Shown here: one piece after another, positions 1 through 7,921 of the stretch | Layout of the letters: each line of letters opens with the position of its first letter | How positions within the stretch are numbered: position 1 is the first letter of the stretch | From: Promethearchaeota archaeon | Lineage (GTDB): Archaea > Asgardarchaeota > Lokiarchaeia > Sigyniarchaeales > SOKP01 | Direction: 5' to 3' | DNA: 19,897 bases | NCBI GenBank assembly: GCA_016840165.1 | Contig: JAEOSU010000058.1 | Location: 1 to 19,897, forward strand | Translations under genes and position numbers: made by a program | The notes under the pieces: generated by a model | The model's input: the letters and a program-made list of their open reading frames with translations, nothing else | What the model was told of the DNA's origin: nothing | The model's database searches: none

Positions 1-16
1 TTAAAGGAAATTAAAC

Positions 17-1153
17 ATGAGTGATGTAGAAGAAAGAGTAAGAACTCTTATTGAAAAAAGTATTATTATTGATACTCTTAGTCATGGTCCTATCTTATGG
101 ACGGAACCATTTATTAAAAAAACAGATGATTTGCTTGCATTAGACCTTAGCCCATTCAAGATAGTACAAGAATTGATAGGGGATTTTTCCAAAACAGCTT
201 CTTCTGATGAGAATTATTATGAGAACTTGAAATCAGCATGGAAAAAATCAGGAGTTGACTGTGTAAGTTGGACTGTTGGGCCCATTCATGAGAAACCATA
301 TTCTTTAGAGGGAGTGAGACATAATCTTGCGTTTCTTACGTATCTTTTAGATAATAGACCTGAATTTTTCGTTAAAGTCGTAAAAGCAGATGATATCCAA
401 CTTGCTAAGAAAGCAGGAAAGGTGGGAATTATTTATAATCTTCAAGATTTAGGATTTATCGGTACTGATATTGAACTCTTAGAACATTTTTATTTTATGG
501 GCATTCGAGTGATGCAATTAACCTATAACAGTAAAAATTCTATAGGGACAGGGTGTACAGCAAGACGAGACAGAGGTTTAACTGAATTTGGCTACCAGGT
601 AGTGGAAAAGATTAATGAACTTAAGGCAGTTGTCGATGTTTCTCATTGTGGGGCTCAAACTTCGATGGATGCCGCAGTACATTCTTTGGGGCCTATAATT
701 GCGTCGCATACGTTAGCGGAAAGCGTTTTTAACCATGATAGAGCTAAATCTGACAAATTTTTGCAAACTGTTGCGGAAAAAGGGGGATATATTGGAGTCT
801 TAACAGTCCCTGGCTTTTTAACCAGCAATTTTAAAACCACAATAGAGAATTGGTTGGATCATATCGATTATATCATAAATTTAGTAGGAATTGAACATGT
901 AGGCATTGGTACGGATTATTATGGTTATTCAGTACCAAATAATCTAGCCAAGAAAATTGATGAGCTAATTGGTATTTTAGGCTTTCGACAAGAACATAGA
1001 GCCACATTTACCGATAAGATGCAAGATTTTGAAAGTTATGAAAAGTTTCCTAATTTAATTAAAGGTTTAATTTCAAGAGGATATAGTGATATAGAAATAA
1101 GTAAAATCGTGGGAGAAAACTTCTTACGGGTTTTTAGAAAAATCTGTGGCTGA
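17..1153 (+). CDS. Membrane dipeptidase (peptidase family M19, amidohydrolase fold)
   Basis: Motifs MGIRVMQLTYN, GLTEFG, VVDVSH, PIIASHT, DHIDY, HVGIGTDY and C-terminal KIVGENFLRV are typical of renal-dipeptidase-like M19 enzymes. Confidence 0.9.
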   Translation: MSDVEERVRTLIEKSIIIDTLSHGPILWTEPFIKKTDDLLALDLSPFKIVQELIGDFSKTASSDENYYENLKSAWKKSGVDCVSWTVGPIHEKPYSLEGVRHNLAFLTYLLDNRPEFFVKVVKADDIQLAKKAGKVGIIYNLQDLGFIGTDIELLEHFYFMGIRVMQLTYNSKNSIGTGCTARRDRGLTEFGYQVVEKINELKAVVDVSHCGAQTSMDAAVHSLGPIIASHTLAESVFNHDRAKSDKFLQTVAEKGGYIGVLTVPGFLTSNFKTTIENWLDHIDYIINLVGIEHVGIGTDYYGYSVPNNLAKKIDELIGILGFRQEHRATFTDKMQDFESYEKFPNLIKGLISRGYSDIEISKIVGENFLRVFRKICG

Positions 1154-1159
1154 CAATTC

Positions 1160-2185
1160 TTAAGGAAATTTTTCCACCAATTCTTTTTTTCCTGTCTCCG
1201 AAGATTTATATAATGCACTGATAAGGTATAAAACTTTGGAGCTCTCTTCAATAGTATTTAGATACGGTTTATTATGTAAGATCCAATCTGCATAAGCTTC
1301 TAAGCTGCCTGCGATGTATTGGCTGTAGTTAAGTCTATCTTCACAAGAATATTCATCAATTCCAAACCATTGCAGGGAAGAAGGAACAGCAGCTCTACAT
1401 GTTGCGCGTCCATACTGCCCAAAAACTAAAAGTTCCGAAAGTGCCCTAGTAGTTTCAAATGGAGGTTGGACAATCATAGAACTATTCACTTGAGCTACGA
1501 CTCCATTTTCAAATTCTATGATTCCAAACCCGAGATCTTCAACATTAATTTTGGTGAATTTTACGGTATTTACCTTTCCTATGACCGTCTTTGGTTCTCC
1601 AAATGCCCAAATTAGTATATCAAGTATGTGTGACGCTTGTGTGAGCAAAGTACCGCCTCCCGCATACTTTTTAGTGCCTCTCCAGCTATTATTTTCATAA
1701 TACTCATTGTCTCTGCTAAAAAATATATTACAATTAGCGTAATAGACATCACCTAAAATGCCTTTTTTTATACCACTCACTAATTCATAACAGTTTTGAT
1801 CATAACGGTATTGATAGTTAAAACCGAGTTTTAGGTGCGGATATTCTTGGGTCAAATTATAAATTTCACGAGCGTCTTGAACGGAAATCCCAACTGGTTT
1901 TTCGCAAAAGACGTGCTTGTCATGTTCAAATGCTAATCTAATATGCTTTTTATGAAGATGATGAGGTGTAGCAATGTATAAGACATCGAACTCCTCCTTT
2001 TCAAGCATCTCGTTCAGATCGGTGTAAGAATGGTCTTTTCCAGATATTCTTCGAGCTCGTTTTAATATCTTATCTGCTGCGGCCACAAATTTGGCATTTT
2101 TAATCATTTTAAAAAAAGATTTAAATTCACAGGCAATCTCACCACAACCTATTGTTCCAATTGTTATATAATCTCTTTTAACCAA
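1160..2185 (-). CDS. Gfo/Idh/MocA family NAD(P)-dependent oxidoreductase
   Basis: Rossmann IGCGEIA, YIATPHHLH, HVFCEKP, GGGTLLTQASHILD; TTG start. Confidence 0.92.
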   Translation of the reverse strand: MVKRDYITIGTIGCGEIACEFKSFFKMIKNAKFVAAADKILKRARRISGKDHSYTDLNEMLEKEEFDVLYIATPHHLHKKHIRLAFEHDKHVFCEKPVGISVQDAREIYNLTQEYPHLKLGFNYQYRYDQNCYELVSGIKKGILGDVYYANCNIFFSRDNEYYENNSWRGTKKYAGGGTLLTQASHILDILIWAFGEPKTVIGKVNTVKFTKINVEDLGFGIIEFENGVVAQVNSSMIVQPPFETTRALSELLVFGQYGRATCRAAVPSSLQWFGIDEYSCEDRLNYSQYIAGSLEAYADWILHNKPYLNTIEESSKVLYLISALYKSSETGKKELVEKFP

Positions 2186-2253
2186 GATCTCTCGCCTATA
2201 AGAAAATTAAAATTATTTTATGGTAAAATATCTTGAAAGGCATATGAACAACT

Positions 2254-3051
2254 TTATTTTAAATCTTGTTCTTCTGCTGTATCATATAAATAGCTAAAAT
2301 AATAATTAGCCGCTGGTCCGAAAGCAATATGATCAGTGATCACTCCAAAATAAGATAACTTCTTAAAAAACTTTTGAGTTAAAATTATAAATGCGTCCTC
2401 CCCTTCGTCTATTACAGTGCAATTTCCAAAAACCTGGTCTCTGGAACGAATGACGGCGATTTTAGCATATTTAAGTAATAATTCCTTGAATTCTTTATTC
2501 TTGAAGGCTTCCTCCTCGACAAGAATACGAATATCAGTCACTCCTCTCGCCCGGGCTTTCTTAATATCCTCATAAAAGATATCTAAAAATTCAAAATCGG
2601 ATGCCACAATATATAGTGCCATTTTTGCTTGCTCAATTAAAGATAAACTTTTCGTAATGCAAATATTTCTCCCCCGATGGATATAGAGAGCAACTTTTAT
2701 GGGAGTATCATGAGATTGATAAATTGGAGTTAAGGTGTTAATAATTATATTTGAATCTTTATCGAAACTGTCATTATATTGCTTCTTGGCTATTATTAAT
2801 GCTTCATCGGGGCTTTTTGCAAAATATCTACTAGGTCTGGACTCCTCTTCACGCACAAGAAATTTCTTTTCCTTTTCTAACTGAGTAAGAATGTTATAAA
2901 TCCGTGAATAAGGAACGCCCGATGCTTCAGAGAGTTCTCGAGCATCCATTGGTCCTTTAATAATGAGAGTGAGATATATGGCAATTTCATAATCCGTTAA
3001 TCCTATGCTTCTTAGAGACTCTTTCACATTTTCTGGGATTTCTTTTGACAT
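2254..3051 (-). CDS. TrmB family transcriptional regulator
   Basis: N-terminal wHTH LRSIGLTDYEIAIYLTL...ARELSEASGVPYSRIYNIL, then RPSRYFAKSP and a C-terminal effector-binding domain (ARARGV...IRILV). Confidence 0.92.
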   Translation of the reverse strand: MSKEIPENVKESLRSIGLTDYEIAIYLTLIIKGPMDARELSEASGVPYSRIYNILTQLEKEKKFLVREEESRPSRYFAKSPDEALIIAKKQYNDSFDKDSNIIINTLTPIYQSHDTPIKVALYIHRGRNICITKSLSLIEQAKMALYIVASDFEFLDIFYEDIKKARARGVTDIRILVEEEAFKNKEFKELLLKYAKIAVIRSRDQVFGNCTVIDEGEDAFIILTQKFFKKLSYFGVITDHIAFGPAANYYFSYLYDTAEEQDLK

Positions 3052-3098
3052 GATTGAACACCATAAATCAAAATTGTCTATTTTAAGAGGTTTTGGAC

Positions 3099-3114
3099 AT
3101 TTATAAGAATTTTG
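3099..3114 (-). promoter_or_regulatory. Putative archaeal BRE/TATA promoter of the TrmB gene
   Basis: Minus strand CAAAATTCTTATAAAT: an A-rich tract then TTATAAAT (3106-3099), 47 nt upstream of the ATG at 3051. The AT-rich background limits certainty. Confidence 0.4.
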
Positions 3115-3179
3115 TTATATATGAAATATATTATCTTCCATCATATTAATTGTTAGTCATATAGTTTTCCATATAATTT

Positions 3180-3255
3180 ATGGACAAATCACCCTAGCAT
3201 AGAGTGTGTCACCTTGAAACAAAAGTTTATTCTCAAGGCTCATACGATTGTCCAT
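3180..3255 (-). promoter_or_regulatory. Eukaryote-like SECIS element (selenocysteine insertion sequence)
   Basis: Minus strand AUGGACAAUCGU-AUGA-G-CCUUGAGA-AU-AAA-CUUUUG-UUUCAAGG-U-GA-CAC-ACUCUAUGCUAGGGU-GAUUUGUCCAU. AUGA (3243-3240) and GA (3210-3209) form the kink-turn core. The upper helix CCUUGAGA/UUUCAAGG has 8 bp, and AAA (3228-3226) lies 11 nt after AUGA. An outer helix AUGGACAAUC/GAUUUGUCCAU closes the structure. Confidence 0.75.
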
Positions 3256-3446
3256 TTTATATGGTTGAGGAAGAATTTTATGAAGTAAATACATCCTCAT
3301 CCTCCTCCATCATTATTGCCATCAATTGGTAGCTGGTTAAATAAATATATGAATATTATAGATATACCAGCAATAATCAATACTAAAACTAAAGCAATAA
3401 GGAAATAGGATTTTTTATTTAGATTCATATGAATATCATCTGACAT
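3240..3446 (-). CDS. Unannotated small membrane protein, probable selenoprotein (68 aa with Sec50; 49 aa if UGA is a stop)
   Basis: Hand translation: MSDDIHMNLNKKSYFLIALVLVLIIAGISIIFIYLFNQLPIDGNNDGGG-U(TGA 3299-3297)-GCIYFIKFFLNHIKWTIV-stop(TGA 3242-3240). It has a basic patch, a clear TM helix, a Gly-rich linker, a UxC motif and a SECIS directly downstream. Alternative ATG at 3428. Confidence 0.7.
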
Positions 3447-3465
3447 AATTTCTATTATTATTTAG

Positions 3466-5091
3466 TTATTCAAAATATTTTTCTTTAAATTTGTGTCTTA
3501 TTATTTCGGGATTATCGCCATTATTTAATACGAAGTTCTCATAAAGTTGATACAATTGCGTCATATCTTCATATAATTGCTTAGTATTAATCGATGGAAA
3601 GATATTTACGTCAGGTTGAAGTGCATCGCACCTTGCTATTAAATCTGACCATTCCATTTCATTTCCAATATATTCCTGATAAGCTTTCGCACATCTTAAT
3701 GCAGCACCTAATGCAGCTGAATCTGATACTTTTAAAACTTTGATAGGGGTATTGAATACGTCTGCTAATACTTGAAGTATTTCACTATTTTCAGAACCAC
3801 CTCCTGTGGCAATTATTTCAGTGGGAGCTGATTTTAACCATTGAGAATGAAGGCGAATTGATAAACATTGGGCTTCGATGATTCCGCGGACATTTGCTTG
3901 GATATGATTTGCATCAAAGCCAAACCGATAAACTCTAGGTTCTAAAACTAATGGTACGATTTCGGGATAAAAGTATGGAAGCATAATTCTTCCATTATTT
4001 CCCGGGGATGTTTGCTTTAGAATATTAGAAAATTCATTCCAGGTAAGATGAAATAGAGCTTTTATCGCTTCTCGTGCCAAAGAGCCATTTTTAAAACAGA
4101 TTAATCCCATATAATCCCCAGTTGGAGCTCCAAATACGTGACTTGCCCCACTTAAATCTAAAGTGAGTTTTTCCATATAACTAAAATAAGTGTCGCTTGT
4201 TCCCAGGCTTATCGCAACTTGATTTGGATTAATCAAACCAACACCAATTAAACTGTTTGGATTATCTCCGGACCATGGTAATAGTTTTGTTTCTGATGAA
4301 AAATCATACCGTTCAACGAAATAAGGGCTAATGTTTCCAAGGATTTTAAAGGATTCCGTTAAATTTGGAAGCTTTTGTTTAAGATTAGGAGCTGTTGCAT
4401 CTATTGCGTTATCATTCCAGCGTTTTTTCTCTATGTCCATCAAATTCATTCCTGCTCCATCTCCATGGTCAATAGGAGAGTTATTTCCTAATAAAAGAGA
4501 GGATAAAAACGAACTAATAAGGTGTATATAAGCCGTATTTTGATATTTTTGGGAATCTTCCTGATAAAATTTCCTGATTTGTGGTCCAGAAAAACGTTCA
4601 AAAGTATTTGAACCAGTGAGTTTGATGGTTGATTTTAGCCCTCCTAGTGCTTTCCGAATTTCTTTACATTGCTTTGAAGTGCTCGAGTCCATCCAAACGG
4701 GACTCAACTCTCTTGAAAAGATTTTTTTAAGTTGGGATACCAATGAACCACCTGGTTGAAGATTATTTACAGTTTTCAGGAAATTTTTATTTAAATAGAC
4801 CGTTCCATGTTGTTGGGCTGAACCACTTATGGCTTTAATTTTATTTAATGGAAAGCTTTTTTCCTGAAATATCGTAAATAAGGTATCTAAGGCTTCAACC
4901 CACATTAGCGGATTTGAAAATACTTGCTTTCCATCCTCCGAGATATAAACCCCCTTTTGAGTTTGGTAATGGGGTAAATCTTTATAATAATTAATAGATA
5001 TTTTTATTTGGATGCTTAATGATTCATCATCAATTATTATTCCAGTCAAACTCTGAGTAGAGCAATCGATCCCTAGGAAATAGTTGGTCAT
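3466..5091 (-). CDS. xylB: Xylulokinase (FGGY family), eukaryote-type XYLB/Xks1-like
   Basis: LGIDCSTQSL, SGSAQQHGTVY, PVWMDSST, ERFSGPQIRK, LISSFLSSLL, DGAGMNL, GDNPNSL, ISLGTSDT, ATGGGSEN, AALGAA. Confidence 0.88.
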   Translation of the reverse strand: MTNYFLGIDCSTQSLTGIIIDDESLSIQIKISINYYKDLPHYQTQKGVYISEDGKQVFSNPLMWVEALDTLFTIFQEKSFPLNKIKAISGSAQQHGTVYLNKNFLKTVNNLQPGGSLVSQLKKIFSRELSPVWMDSSTSKQCKEIRKALGGLKSTIKLTGSNTFERFSGPQIRKFYQEDSQKYQNTAYIHLISSFLSSLLLGNNSPIDHGDGAGMNLMDIEKKRWNDNAIDATAPNLKQKLPNLTESFKILGNISPYFVERYDFSSETKLLPWSGDNPNSLIGVGLINPNQVAISLGTSDTYFSYMEKLTLDLSGASHVFGAPTGDYMGLICFKNGSLAREAIKALFHLTWNEFSNILKQTSPGNNGRIMLPYFYPEIVPLVLEPRVYRFGFDANHIQANVRGIIEAQCLSIRLHSQWLKSAPTEIIATGGGSENSEILQVLADVFNTPIKVLKVSDSAALGAALRCAKAYQEYIGNEMEWSDLIARCDALQPDVNIFPSINTKQLYEDMTQLYQLYENFVLNNGDNPEIIRHKFKEKYFE

Positions 5092-5379
5092 AGCTAATGA
5101 TTCATAAGCAATTTTTCTTTAATAATCATTAAATGGATTAGTATTATAAAAGCATTTGAATCAAAAACTATATGAAATTGATAAGTTTCAAATTAAAATT
5201 AAAAGAATTATTAATTTTAAAAAGAGAGGATTTGGGGTTTTAGTTTTTTTTTTTAGTTTCTCGACAAAATTTGGAAATTCAAACATTTTATCGAAAATTT
5301 TAATTATAGTTTTGCACATTATGTATATAGAAAAGTAGATTTTCATAAATTAAAAAAAAATTTTTAAAGGGTATTAAAA

Positions 5380-5799
5380 ATGGATTCTATTGATTTAAAA
5401 ATATTAGAAGAATTAAAAGCGGATGGGCGAAAGTCATTTAACGATATTGCACAGGTTGTTGGCAAGACAGAGGCGACAGTTCGACGACGCGTACGAACTC
5501 TTGAAGATGATAGTGTTATAAAAAAGTACACTATTGAATATAATATTGATTCTAAGCCAAAAACACGAGCCACAGTTAAGATTGAACCCGATTTCAAGGA
5601 AATTAAGTCTATATTGAAAGAACTAATCCAGATTGAAGAAATTACAGATATTTGGCGTTTAAGTGGTGATTGTGGACTTTTTATCAAAGTAGAAATTCCC
5701 TCAATAGAGCAGTTTAATCCTTTAATAGAGGAAAAAATTTCCCAGATTGCGGGAGTAAAAATAATGGAAACCTGTTTTATTACAGATATAATAAAATAA
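5380..5799 (+). CDS. Lrp/AsnC family transcriptional regulator
   Basis: MDSIDLKILEELKADGRKSFNDIAQVVGKTEATVRRRVRTL HTH plus a RAM domain (WRLSGDCGLFIKV). Confidence 0.95.
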   Translation: MDSIDLKILEELKADGRKSFNDIAQVVGKTEATVRRRVRTLEDDSVIKKYTIEYNIDSKPKTRATVKIEPDFKEIKSILKELIQIEEITDIWRLSGDCGLFIKVEIPSIEQFNPLIEEKISQIAGVKIMETCFITDIIK

Positions 5800-5959
5800 T
5801 TCTACAAAAAAATTCCTTTCTTTTATATTTTTATCATTATAGTTACTGGTATAAATAAAAATCATTCCATAATAACTAATAATTTTTAATTTATAACCCA
5901 TTCAATAATAAATTTTTAACCAATATCAATATTAATTACATTTAAAAAAAGGGAAAGAT

Positions 5960-6448
5960 ATGGCAATTCAGAAAGGGGATATAATTAAGGTCGAATATGA
6001 GGGTCGTTTGGAGGACGGTACCATTTTCGATAGTACAGAACTGAACGAAGGCTTACCACTAAAATTCGAAGTAGGAAAAGGACAACTCATTCGTGGTTTT
6101 GATAACGCAGTAGTTGGAAAGGAAGTTGGAGAAGAATTTGAAATTAATATTCAACCTAATGAAGCATATGGAGAGTTTGATCCCGCTTTATCTCAAACTA
6201 TCAGTAGAAACCAATTTCCGGAGGATATAACTCCAGAACCCGGAATGATGCTAAGAATAGATGGGCCCAATAATACATATTCAGTTGCTTGGATAAAAGA
6301 AGTTGATGAGGAACATGTTACGATTGATATGAACCATCCATTAGCTGGGAAAGTTCTAAACTTTAAAATTAAAATCGTGGAAACAGGATGTGAGCCTGAT
6401 CCACCTGAGATGTGCGGTTGTGGCTGTGATTGTGATCATCAGCATTAA
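5960..6448 (+). CDS. slyD: FKBP-type peptidyl-prolyl isomerase, SlyD-like, with Cys/His metal-binding tail
   Basis: VEYEGRLEDGTIFDST, GQLIRGFD, PNEAYG, IDMNHPLAGKVLNFKIKIV; tail CEPDPPEMCGCGCDCDHQH. Confidence 0.92.
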   Translation: MAIQKGDIIKVEYEGRLEDGTIFDSTELNEGLPLKFEVGKGQLIRGFDNAVVGKEVGEEFEINIQPNEAYGEFDPALSQTISRNQFPEDITPEPGMMLRIDGPNNTYSVAWIKEVDEEHVTIDMNHPLAGKVLNFKIKIVETGCEPDPPEMCGCGCDCDHQH

Positions 6449-6573
6449 TTCTATTATATACTTTTAATATTTTTTATTATCTTCACATATTTCATTTTTA
6501 AAAGAAACAATTTAATTTATTTATTTTAAATAATTCTGATATTTAGTTAGATTAATCCCTCTGGGAATAAAAT

Positions 6574-7899
6574 ATGAGCTATAAATTTACGAAAGAAGAA
6601 TTAGAAAACCTTTTGGTGGATTATAATAAAATTGCTCTGAAAGATCTTGATATTCCAAAAGAGGTTTGTATCTGGGATGAAACCTTAAGGGATGGGGAAC
6701 AAAGTCCTACCGTGTACTTAACTTTGGATGAGAAGATACACCTTACTAAATTAATGGATGAAATTGGAGTAAAAATCATAGCTGTTGGATATCCCGCAGT
6801 CTCAGAATCAGAAAAGACTATCGTTAAAACAATAGTAAATGAAGATTGTAAGAATGCCTCAATCGTAGGGATTGCCCGTCCAAGAAAAGAAGATATTGAT
6901 GCATGCATAGATGCGGATCTCCAAGAAATAGTTATTTTCATGCCTATTTCACCAATATTTATGAAAACATTAAAGTTAACGGAACAACAAGAATTAGATC
7001 AGATTGACGATGCAATTCATTATGCGAAAGATAACGGTTTTAAAGTTAATTGGGTATCTGAAGATGGGACTCGAGCAGAATTTGAGCATTTAAAAAACGT
7101 TTTTCTGACTGCTATCGAAGCAGGAGCTGAAAGAATTGTATTAGGAGATACTGTGGGAGTGCTTACTCCTTATTCTACATCTTATCTCATCAAAAAAATT
7201 AAAGCAGAAGTAATTCATGCCCATAGAGATTCAAAATGTATGGGGATTCATACCCATAATGATTTTGGACTAGCGGTTGCGAATACAATCACTGGGGTTT
7301 TTGAAGGATGTTGCTACCCTCATACATGTATAAATGGATATGGAGAAAGAGCTGGGAATGCAGCCTTAGAGGAGGTTGCCACCATTCTCGAACGAATGGG
7401 AATTGATACCGGAATTGATCTCACCAAACTTCCCGAATTAAGCGAAATATGCGAACGGTATTTTTGCAAGCCATTATCTCAATATAAACCAATAGTAGGA
7501 GATTATGCATTTTCGCATGAAAGTGGACTTCATATTGCCGCAATTCTCGCACATCCCTTAACATATGAACCTATAAATCCGCGTATGGTAGGAAGACGTC
7601 GAACTTTTTACTTAGGAAAATTTTCTGGTTCCAAATCTATTTTAAACGCATTAAAGCAAAAGATTAAGGTATTAGATCTCGATATCCCCGATGAGATTAT
7701 TAAAAAAATCGTAAACGAAGTAAAGAAAAAACATGAAGAAACTTCGAAAGAAGAGCTAAGAAAATCATTTGATATCATAAAAGAAGAGTTAAAGAAAATT
7801 ACAAAAGGAGTTGGAGATAAAGAATTTTTCGAAATTGTAAATAAGTACGCTCAACCATATGTTCCCGAAGATTTTAAACCAAAAAATGAAACGGATTAA
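6574..7899 (+). CDS. DRE-TIM metallolyase: homocitrate synthase / 2-isopropylmalate / citramalate synthase family
   Basis: WDETLRDGEQSP, LGDTVG, IHTHNDFGLAVAN, NGYGERAGNAALEE, AFSHESGLH, LGKFSG. No LeuA regulatory domain is apparent, so an AksA/homocitrate-synthase-like role is favoured but not established. Confidence 0.88.
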   Translation: MSYKFTKEELENLLVDYNKIALKDLDIPKEVCIWDETLRDGEQSPTVYLTLDEKIHLTKLMDEIGVKIIAVGYPAVSESEKTIVKTIVNEDCKNASIVGIARPRKEDIDACIDADLQEIVIFMPISPIFMKTLKLTEQQELDQIDDAIHYAKDNGFKVNWVSEDGTRAEFEHLKNVFLTAIEAGAERIVLGDTVGVLTPYSTSYLIKKIKAEVIHAHRDSKCMGIHTHNDFGLAVANTITGVFEGCCYPHTCINGYGERAGNAALEEVATILERMGIDTGIDLTKLPELSEICERYFCKPLSQYKPIVGDYAFSHESGLHIAAILAHPLTYEPINPRMVGRRRTFYLGKFSGSKSILNALKQKIKVLDLDIPDEIIKKIVNEVKKKHEETSKEELRKSFDIIKEELKKITKGVGDKEFFEIVNKYAQPYVPEDFKPKNETD

Positions 7900-7921
7900 T
7901 TTTTATGTTATTTCTAATCTC

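Noticed and set aside
1142-1153. Dipeptidase ends I-C-G-TGA, a CxU-like context
   Set aside because: The M19 domain is complete, readthrough would run into the convergent oxidoreductase gene, and I saw no SECIS-like structure downstream.
655-1700. Track ORFs 655-840, 1036-1251 and 1518-1700
   Set aside because: Short shadow ORFs overlapping well-supported genes, with no motifs.
6388-6448. Cys/His-rich tail of the FKBP protein
   Set aside because: Ordinary SlyD metal-binding tail; it ends in TAA with no UGA.
4331-6941. Track ORFs 4331-4531, 5156-5338, 5364-5687 and 6621-6941
   Set aside because: Antisense shadows of xylB, Lrp and the DRE-TIM gene; 5156-5338 is a low-complexity TTG ORF across an AT-rich promoter region.
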